A DNA stretch of 61,660 nt from positions 1 to 61,660 of the forward strand of contig JAYNIA010000001.1 of the NCBI GenBank assembly GCA_038108555.1, read 5' to 3'. Positions 20,657 to 29,200 of this stretch are shown one piece after another. The translations under genes were made by a program, and so were the position numbers. Numbering within the stretch: position 1 is the stretch's first letter; each line of letters begins with the position of its first letter. Under the pieces are notes generated by a model. It was not told where the DNA came from. It ran no database searches and saw only the letters and a list, made by a program, of their open reading frames with translations. The stretch is from Nitrospinota bacterium. GTDB lineage: Bacteria; Nitrospinota; Nitrospinia; Nitrospinales; VA-1.

Positions 20657-22696
20657 TTAATTATTCACATACCATTTTCCAAGCGGGGTCAGGCAGAAAC
20701 CCTCGTGCTTTAATTCTATGATTCCCTGTTTCTGCATTTCATTGACCAGCCTGGCTTTGGATTGTTTCTCGATTTTCAATTTTTTTTCGGTCAGGGCTTT
20801 TGAAGCTATTTGACTCAGGGCATGCAACTCCAACTTATATAAATGATGATCGCAGTTTTTCAAGGTGCTGAAAAGGATTTTTATCGCTTCCCGTCCCATT
20901 TGTTTTAAATTTGAGGCATCCGATTTACCGCCACGAAGATTGATACTTATTTTATTTTCCGTTCCTGAGTTTCTCACAAACACACCCGCTTTTCCTCCCG
21001 ACAAGGAGATGTATAACATATCGGGATCTTCCGGAAATATCCGAGTCGCAACCTTATAATTTCTTTTCCTGGCAGCTCGGGTGAGAATTTGTTTTACCTT
21101 CTTCCAGACGGACGAATCTTTATAAAATAATTCCTGATGGATGTAATAAACATATAGTGTCCCCTTATAGCCTGGATTGAACGGACGGCTTATTTTTTGA
21201 AAATGTTTTTTCGTTGAAAGATTCAGATGCTCCGTTGCAACCAGAGTGTTTAAGGCACTTTTGAGTCCATTGCCTGAAAAAACAGAAAATGCTTTTCCAT
21301 CCGAAGAAATAAATCTGGATTCGGTAATATTATGCCCTGTCTCCTCACTGCCAACTGCAAGAACAGGTTTAGAATCATTTCTTGCAAGATCTTTTTCTCC
21401 CAATATTTTTCGGAGCTTTTCCAGGGAAGCAATACTTGTAATACCCTTTTTCTTCAGCTTCTGTTTTTCGCGTAAGAATTCCTGTCTCTTTGACTTGGAA
21501 AGTCCTGAGTATTTTGCCTCCTGTTCCAATTGGCTTAAGATTATTTTCAGGAGTATCCACTTATCCCCCACCGCTGTCAGGTCGGGTTTTAATCCCATCT
21601 TCTCTGCGGTGGAAGCGGCATTAAGATCACTTTCAACCGTATTAATATATAAAGAGCCTTTATATTTTTCAGGGAATCGGGTTGCAAGGTGCCGGGCCTG
21701 TAAAATAGCGGTTTCATCGCCACTCAACACCCAGGCAAGGTCTTTAAACGGGTCGTATTCCAGCATAAAAAAACGATCGGCATCGGCATCGAAGATCGCC
21801 CCCACCACCCGTTTTTTTCCTTTTACAAGGGACGCCTTATTTTTTCGTCCCAATTCGAAAAGCTTTAAGACCGCTTTATGACGGCGGAAGAATCCGGAAG
21901 GTTTTTTAATTTCCTCTTTGGTAATTTGATCTCGTCCTTCAAGATCAGCCACTCCAGATAAAACGTTCACGTTGCCGCTCAAATTTGCATTTACCTCGAT
22001 CACCTTTCCCATCCCGGCCTGCCTAAAAACTTTTTTTGCAATTCCTGTGAGCGACCCATTCGCAGGATCAACCACAAGCAAAATATTTTTAAAGTTTGTC
22101 GAACTATCGATCCAGGAATTTTCTGGAAATAAAGAAAACTCAGAGAAAATTTTAAGCGCATTATTTCTGCAATCGATTCGCTGTCCTTTTTTCGGCACTT
22201 TTTTTACCTGGGAATACTTTGTCCGCAAAATGAATTGGCTCAACGTCACATCATCCGCCGGCAACGGTTTCATTCCATGAAATGGAGAAAAAAGTTTTAT
22301 TCCGTTCTGATCGTTGGGATTATGGGATGCGGTGATCATAACACCCGCATCTGCCTTTTGATGGAGCATGTAAAGAGGAACCAGTGGAGTCGGAACCACT
22401 CCAAGAGAAAGTGCATTAGCTCCTGCCTTGCGAATTCCATTGATAACAGCATCGATAAAAACTCCCGAAGGGTCTCTGGGGTCCCATCCGACCACCACAT
22501 TTTTTACTGCATTTGATTTCGAGAGATTTTTTATATGGCAATAGGCATACAACTCCATAAACTGTTCTGTAATCCAGCTCTTTTCTAAAAAAACCTGCTG
22601 AGGTGTGAGCCCTTTGCATTCCGGAGAATCAGACCGTTTTGTCTCACGGCGTATACCATCGGTTCCCTGGAGCCTTTTTGATTCGGGTTTATCCAT
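20657..22696 (-). CDS. Alpha-D-phosphohexomutase (GlmM/PMM-like), enlarged
   Basis: GTDGIR, ITASHNP phosphoserine loop, FDADADR metal loop, VGDKW, GSEETGH, VRNSGTE. Confidence 0.88.
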   Translation of the reverse strand: MDKPESKRLQGTDGIRRETKRSDSPECKGLTPQQVFLEKSWITEQFMELYAYCHIKNLSKSNAVKNVVVGWDPRDPSGVFIDAVINGIRKAGANALSLGVVPTPLVPLYMLHQKADAGVMITASHNPNDQNGIKLFSPFHGMKPLPADDVTLSQFILRTKYSQVKKVPKKGQRIDCRNNALKIFSEFSLFPENSWIDSSTNFKNILLVVDPANGSLTGIAKKVFRQAGMGKVIEVNANLSGNVNVLSGVADLEGRDQITKEEIKKPSGFFRRHKAVLKLFELGRKNKASLVKGKKRVVGAIFDADADRFFMLEYDPFKDLAWVLSGDETAILQARHLATRFPEKYKGSLYINTVESDLNAASTAEKMGLKPDLTAVGDKWILLKIILSQLEQEAKYSGLSKSKRQEFLREKQKLKKKGITSIASLEKLRKILGEKDLARNDSKPVLAVGSEETGHNITESRFISSDGKAFSVFSGNGLKSALNTLVATEHLNLSTKKHFQKISRPFNPGYKGTLYVYYIHQELFYKDSSVWKKVKQILTRAARKRNYKVATRIFPEDPDMLYISLSGGKAGVFVRNSGTENKISINLRGGKSDASNLKQMGREAIKILFSTLKNCDHHLYKLELHALSQIASKALTEKKLKIEKQSKARLVNEMQKQGIIELKHEGFCLTPLGKWYVNN

Positions 22697-22868
22697 TTAA
22701 AAAAAGATTGTGGTTAAAAAAGCCAGATGAAGAATACCACATACCGGGAAAGTAATTTAGTGGGAGGCACTCTTGTAAGCAGAAGGGAAAAGGGGTAAGC
22801 TGTTTATTCTCAAAAATTTCTAAAATCAGCCAAACATAATTTTTTGGAATCCAGCGGGGGAAGAAGCT

Positions 22869-23129
22869 ATGGCTTACAACGCTTTCGTTAAAAAAGACAC
22901 GATTGATGCAATTATTCGGACTTCCGGGGAAAAAATAGAGGGGAAAATATTCAAGCTTCCCAACAACCGACTGCTGGATATGTTGAATACAGGGGATGAA
23001 AGCTTTATCCCGGTGATTGATGCCAAAGTTTATTGCCTGGTTACCGGGAATGTCTTGTTTGAATCAGAATTTTTGGCTGTAAACAAACAACATATTATCC
23101 TGATCGCGGATCATATTCTCGGAAAATAA
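22869..23129 (+). CDS. Small conserved hypothetical protein (DUF6812-like)
   Basis: IEGKIF...NRLLDMLN...FIPVIDA...FLAVNKQHI pattern; purine-rich RBS. Confidence 0.7.
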   Translation: MAYNAFVKKDTIDAIIRTSGEKIEGKIFKLPNNRLLDMLNTGDESFIPVIDAKVYCLVTGNVLFESEFLAVNKQHIILIADHILGK

Positions 23130-23166
23130 AACTTTACCGGTAAAACGGACCCGGGTTTTGCCTGCT

Positions 23167-23613
23167 TTAGAAGCGGATTTTGGTTTGTTTCAACCATTCC
23201 TTCTCATCGAATTCCTGACTAAGGTATTCTTCGAAAAGCATCTCGTTCTCAGACAATAATTTTCCATCGACCCAGGGCAGGGTATTTTTACTTTCGGAAG
23301 TTTCCAAATCCTTTTTCTCCCTGATTTGCTCTTCTGATGTGAAATCAACTTTTTCACTTTCTTCCACTTCAAGAAAATCTCTTTTGAGCTGTGAAAGCTC
23401 TTCCACAGTAACGTCTTTGGTGTCTTTCACGATCTTGTCAACAAGTCTATCCACCTCCAGCACAAGATTATACTCGCTGACATAACCCAGAAGCCCTAGA
23501 GCCTGCAACTGCTTTATAGACGACTTTACTTCGGGAGATTTCAGGATGGCTCTGTTGATTTCTGTCCACAGGTATTCTGCAAACTTTTTTTTCTTATCAT
23601 TCTCGAAGGACAT
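23167..23613 (-). CDS. Hypothetical protein
   Basis: 148 aa ORF with purine-rich RBS (GGAAAGGAAAG) and normal composition. Confidence 0.75.
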   Translation of the reverse strand: MSFENDKKKKFAEYLWTEINRAILKSPEVKSSIKQLQALGLLGYVSEYNLVLEVDRLVDKIVKDTKDVTVEELSQLKRDFLEVEESEKVDFTSEEQIREKKDLETSESKNTLPWVDGKLLSENEMLFEEYLSQEFDEKEWLKQTKIRF

Positions 23614-23751
23614 GGTCTTTCCTTTCCATTTTGTTTGACAAGGAAAGTATAGACTTCTCGCATTACATAATTGTCAAGCGAATGTAACGAATGGGTTAAA
23701 GGTGGTTTGGCTTGAAAAAAAGGGACTTAGAGGGGGGATTTAGGGGAATTT

Positions 23752-23994
23752 TTATAAATTTGGATCGTGGAACCGCTCTTTCAGAACATCTACCGGACTT
23801 TTGTACTTATTACAAGCAATCACGGAACTCATCGGAGAGGAAGTCTGATTTTCAATATTGAGTTTTTCTGCCAATACGGGGTCCGCCCCACAATCAGGCC
23901 TTTCGTGGGAACAGAAATCGCACATATTCAGAATAATCATGGAATTGCCGTCGGCCAATTTTTTCCCTCGTAAATATTGAAAAATTGAAGACAC
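23752..23994 (-). CDS. Small Cys-containing hypothetical protein
   Basis: CDFC-x6-C...IACNKY; start uncertain (GTG 23994, TTG 23958 after GAGGG, or ATG 23940). Confidence 0.6.
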   Translation of the reverse strand: MSSIFQYLRGKKLADGNSMIILNMCDFCSHERPDCGADPVLAEKLNIENQTSSPMSSVIACNKYKSPVDVLKERFHDPNL

Positions 23995-24106
23995 GGTCCT
24001 CGAAACCTATTTGGTTATGAATTTTTATCTTAGAGGGTCCCCACTCTTTTGTAAAATGTTTTAAAGGCCAAATTCCTCTGAAATTTTGCATATCCCATCC
24101 TCATTT

Positions 24107-24120
24107 ATCAAAATTTTGAC
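24107..24120. promoter_or_regulatory. Putative enhancer-binding-protein (FleQ/FlrA-like) box
   Basis: ATCAAAATTTTGAC, one mismatch to GTCA-N6-TGAC, about 118 bp upstream of a sigma54 promoter. Confidence 0.45.
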
Positions 24121-24236
24121 AGTTATTGGAAAATTATTCCAGATTGACACCGATCCATAGAAATCCCCGCCCCTTACAAACCTAAAAACACCTTTATTTA
24201 CAACACTTTAAATCCGTTCCCACATTCCCGGTCCTT

Positions 24237-24252
24237 TGGCATAGTCCTTGCT
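24237..24252 (+). promoter_or_regulatory. sigma54 (-24/-12) promoter of the two-partner secretion operon
   Basis: TGGCATAGTCCTTGCT, near-perfect TGGCAC-N5-TTGCW. Confidence 0.8.
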
Positions 24253-24532
24253 CTAGATTTATGCGAATCAGTACGCCTGAAATACTTGTAATTAAAGGGT
24301 TAAAGTCACTTGGGACTTTTTTCAAAAATATATGGTTTCTTTGCAGAATTTTTAGCTGAAATTTGCCGGCTCAATAACTTGCGCAAAAGCACTGATATTT
24401 GGGAGGTAATCGTCAAGAACCCCCTATACCAAAGTCGGGACTTGTGGAACCGCAAGCCCTTTATTTACGGTAATTCAAGGGTTTTTCATCGACCCTGTTT
24501 GAGCTCAACTTCGGCTCTTTTTTTCCGCAAAG

Positions 24533-26272
24533 ATGAATAAGGTGGTGGATTTGGTAACAGCTAATTTAAAAAACAAAATTCTTATTGCAGTGGCCTTTTG
24601 GCTAATTTTCTGCAATTCCCAAGTTTTGCCCTGTTTTGCCCAGATTACTCCGCAAGGCAGAGACCAGACTTATAAGCAAGCCTCTCCCCTCCGATTCGAA
24701 GACCGTTTCAAGAAACAACCCAAACCTAAGGCACAGAAAGTACCGGTGAGGGAAGACAACCTGAAACCCATGTTCCCGGCGGAATTGCGAAAGGTTAAAT
24801 TCATCCTCCGAAAAATGGTGATCAAGGGGTCCACCATTTATGGGAAACGAAGATTTTCAAAACTTTTCAAGAAATACATGCGCAAAAAGATTTCTCTTGG
24901 TCATGTATATGACATTGCCCAGACCATAACGAATATGTACAGGAATGACGGATACATTCTGAGTAAGGCAGTTGTTCCTCCCCAACAAATTGACCGGGGA
25001 ATCATTCGCATCGATATCATTGAAGGGTTTGTGGATAAAGTAAATGTCGAGGGAGATGTTCCCGGCCCCAGAAACCTCCTCAACAGGTACCGCAAGAAAC
25101 TTTTAAATTCAAAACCCCTCCGGTCCAAAGACCTCGAACGTTATCTGCTGTTGGTTGATGATTTACCGGGATTGTCTGTGAAGTCTGTTCTAACTCCATC
25201 CAAAGAACAACCCGGGGCAACTGATCTCACCTTGATCCTTGCCAGCAAAAAGTTTGATGGGGGAATGAGTGTCGATAATCGGGGCTCAAAGTTCAATGGA
25301 CCCATTCAGTTTTCTGCGAATGCAAGAACAAACTCGCTGCTGAAGCTTTATGAGCGAATTGGATTTCAGGGAGTGGTAACAAAAGACACGGATGAACTTC
25401 AGTTCTTCAGCGGGTTTTATGAGATGCCCATATCCTCCGAGGGAACCAAATTGTATTTTTCCGGCTCCACAAGCAAATCCCAACCTGGGTCCGACCTGGA
25501 GCAGTTTGATGTAATCGGGGACAGCACCACTTTCACATTAAGAGTGACGCACCCCTTCATCCGATCAAGATCTGAAAACCTGAATGCAATTTTCGGTTTC
25601 ACAAGCAGAAATTCCACCACCGAATTTTTAGGGGACATAGATTCAAAAGATAATTTGCGGGTCGCCAACCTGGGCTTGTCATACGATTTTGTTGACAGCT
25701 ATAAGGGGGTCAATCTTTTCAGCTTTAACTGGAGTCAGGGGTTTGAGTTTCTAGGTGCAAGTGATTCCGGCTCTCCAAAACTTTCCCGACCCGAAGGTAG
25801 AAGCGCCTTTACAAAATTTTCAGGTGAAGCTCTCCGACTGCAACAACTCGCCCCTTCATGGATGCTGCTGGGTGCCATGTCCTGGCAATACTCGCTGGAA
25901 AAACTTTTAGCGCCGGAAGAGTTTGGAGTCGGTGGTTCGCAGTTCGGCCGTGCTTTTGATTCTTCTGAAATAACCGGGGACCATGGAATCGCTTTTAAAC
26001 TTGAATTACAAAAAGCCTTTCAAATTAACAAATCTTTCATCAAGGATATTCAAGCCTACACCTTTTTCGATTACGGAACGGTTTGGAACCGTCTGGAAAC
26101 TACACAAGGTGCCACAAAGCAGGATCTCAGTTCCATTGGATTGGGAGTCCGGTTCAATGTAACGGACCACTTTTCCGGGTATTTGGAATGGGATAAACCC
26201 CTCAACCAGGATGTTTCGTCTGAGGGAAATAAAGATGGACGAGTGTTTTTCAACTTGTCAGCGCATTTTTAA
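24533..26272 (+). CDS. ShlB/FhaC/HecB-family TpsB outer-membrane transporter
   Basis: Signal peptide, POTRA motifs (YRNDGYILSKAVVPPQ, LERYLLLVDDLPG), loop-6 GGSQFGRAF, FFDYG, terminal Phe. Confidence 0.93.
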   Translation: MNKVVDLVTANLKNKILIAVAFWLIFCNSQVLPCFAQITPQGRDQTYKQASPLRFEDRFKKQPKPKAQKVPVREDNLKPMFPAELRKVKFILRKMVIKGSTIYGKRRFSKLFKKYMRKKISLGHVYDIAQTITNMYRNDGYILSKAVVPPQQIDRGIIRIDIIEGFVDKVNVEGDVPGPRNLLNRYRKKLLNSKPLRSKDLERYLLLVDDLPGLSVKSVLTPSKEQPGATDLTLILASKKFDGGMSVDNRGSKFNGPIQFSANARTNSLLKLYERIGFQGVVTKDTDELQFFSGFYEMPISSEGTKLYFSGSTSKSQPGSDLEQFDVIGDSTTFTLRVTHPFIRSRSENLNAIFGFTSRNSTTEFLGDIDSKDNLRVANLGLSYDFVDSYKGVNLFSFNWSQGFEFLGASDSGSPKLSRPEGRSAFTKFSGEALRLQQLAPSWMLLGAMSWQYSLEKLLAPEEFGVGGSQFGRAFDSSEITGDHGIAFKLELQKAFQINKSFIKDIQAYTFFDYGTVWNRLETTQGATKQDLSSIGLGVRFNVTDHFSGYLEWDKPLNQDVSSEGNKDGRVFFNLSAHF

Positions 26273-26280
26273 GGTTGCAA

Positions 26281-29200
26281 ATGAACGTTTTTAAAATGAA
26301 CCAGATTGCATTTGGCCGGACAACTCCCGGAGAGAATACTGCAATACCTGCTTCCAGCAGACCGTTGCCTTCGCATCCGAGACAGGTATTCCAGCTTTCC
26401 CGCAAGCCGGGCAACTGGTCCATCTTTCTGGTTTCATTTTTGACTTATTTGGTGGGAATTTTCCCATCCATGGTTTTTGCGCTCCCTTCGGACCCCACCA
26501 TTCAATCCGGCACGGTCACTATTGATACGGTCACGCCGGATAAAATGAATGTTTACCAGAGCACCAATAAAGCCATCATCGACTGGAACAGTTTCAACAT
26601 CGACACCCATGAGCATGTTGACTTTCAGTTGTCACAGGGAGGGGTCACCCTAAACCGGATTACCGGCAACGACCCTTCACAAATTTTGGGGAAACTCACT
26701 TCCAACGGCGATCTCTGGGTGGTTAATCCCAACGGAGTTATCTTTGGCAACAATGCCCAAGTGGATGTGCGCGGTTTGGTGGCAACGACCAGCAACATTA
26801 CAAATTCAAATTTTCTGAGTGATAACTATAAGTTTGATATCCCTGCCAGCTTTTCTAATTCTATTGTCAACCAGGGAACGATAACCGCCGCAGAAGGTGG
26901 ACTGGTAGCACTGGTTGCACCCGGGGTTCAAAATATGGGCGTAATCAATGCCCGACTGGGAAAAGTGAGTTTGGCTTCCGGTAAAACTTTTACTCTCGAT
27001 CTATATGGCGACCAATTAATCAATCTTGGCGTGGACAGCAAAGTAGTAAACCAGGTCACGGGAATGGACGGTGAGGTTTTATCTTCACTGGTTTCAAACA
27101 GCGGTAACATTTTTGCGGATGGGGGTGTGGTGCGACTGGATGTTAATGCCGCCCAGGACATTGTCGATCACGTCATCAATATGGATGGTGTGATTCAGGC
27201 ACGATCTGTCGTTGAAAAAAATGGAAAAATAATTTTAATGGGGGGTGAGGAAGGGCAGGTCCATGTCTCGGGTACGCTTGATGCATCGGGTTATGGTACC
27301 GGAGAAACGGGGGGTGAAATCAATGTCCTCGGTCACCTGGTGGGTTTATACGGAACAGGTTTTATAGATGTTTCGGGTGACTCCGGAGGTGGAACCTTGT
27401 TGTTTGGCGGCGACTATCAGGGCAAGGGAACCGTACCCAATGCTTGGGAAACCTATATCGGACCCGACACTCATATTTTTGCCGATGCAGTAAATTATGG
27501 TGATGGAGGCCGAACCATTTTCTGGGCAGATCGGCGGATGCACTTCCAGGGAATCGTAAAAGGACGCGGGGGAAAATATTTCGGGGATGGTGGATTCGTA
27601 GAGGTTTCTGGAAAAGAAGAATTATATTTTGATGGCTCCGTAGACACCTCGGCAGCAAATGGAAAAACAGGAACCTTGCTTCTTGACCCCGACACGATTA
27701 CCGTTGCAAACGGCTCAGGAGCCACCACTGCCAGTGGTGCTGCTACCTTCACCACCATTTATGAAAACACTTTGGAATCGGTAGCGGCCACCAACAACAT
27801 CATTCTCCAGGCAGACAATGAAATCATCATTGCGGATTTATCAGACAATAATCTTAACTTAAAGCAGGGCAATGGCAATACAGTTACCTTCCAGACACTA
27901 AAAAATTCTATCAGCAGGGACAGCAACTCAAACATAACATCCTCTACCGGAGCCATTCGATTTCTGGACTCCAACGACACCATCACCACTCAGGGAGGTG
28001 ACATCATCTTTCTGGCGAAGGGAGATCTCACAATTGCAAATCTGGTTTCTAATGGTGGAGATATTTCAATAACCGGAAGAACCTTAAACCTGGTGGGCAC
28101 CATTAATAGTGGCACCGGAAACGTGACCATTGGATCGGATACAGATATATTTTTAGGGGGAAGTGCGTTGACAGGGTGTGGTGTTGGTTTTGCCAACCTG
28201 TGCGACATGTCCATTGTTCAATCTGAATTGAATAATATCAGCGGGAACAAACTCACCATCGGGGGAACTTTGAACGGCGATATCACCGTAGATGGGGTGA
28301 CTCTTACTTCCTTTTCCGATGGTGTTGTCCTGGATGTAAATACCCATGTTTCCGGTTCTGAGGGTGCCATCGTTTTCAAGGCTGACTCTTCGTTCTCCTC
28401 ACTGGAAGCAAAAGCTGTGAATGGAATCAATGTAAATTCCAATATTACCACTACCACAGGAGCCCTTAGCCTGAATGGTGACTCGGATAGCGGTGTCGAT
28501 TCCATTGATCCCAAAGATAATATCACCTTTGCAAGCGGAGTTTCTTTAACAAGCGCCTCTTCAATAAGCTTGAGTGCCATAACTGGTGGAATGCAAGCTA
28601 CTGCCGGATTGACTTTGAATGCACCCACCAGCATCACAACGACAGGTAACTTAACAGCCGCCGGAGCTGTTTCGTTGACGGCAAACTCCGGAATAAATTT
28701 GAATGGGGGCATTACAACTTCTTCCGGAAACTTAACCATCAACGCAAATTCTTCCACATTGGCATTGGGCAGTGGAATTACCCTGAGCTCGGCCGGTGCT
28801 TTGTCGCTTAGCGCGGGCAACACCACCTCTGCAGGAGCACTGATTCTTACTTCTACAGGTTCCACCATCAATGTAGACAACGCCCTGGTATCTCAAGGCG
28901 CCGTCACCATGACTGCAAACAGCGGCCTGACTCTTGGTGATAGCACCTTAACCGCAACCGGGAACATTAATCTTCAGGGAGGAACCTCTTTAACCCTGGC
29001 AAGTGGCATGAACATTTCTGGAGCCAACATTACACTGGCCGGCTCCACAATTAGTGTCAACAGTGGTTCGCTCACCCTGAATTCAACTGGAAGCATTACC
29101 GCAAGTAATTCCATTTCTTCGGTAACCTCTGCGAGTTTGACCGCAACCTCAGGAATTACTATGGCCGGCCTTTCTGCAAATGGAACAGTGGGACTAAATT

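Noticed and set aside
24310..24540. 76 aa ORF in the tpsB leader
   Set aside because: TTG start, no recognisable features; likely chance ORF
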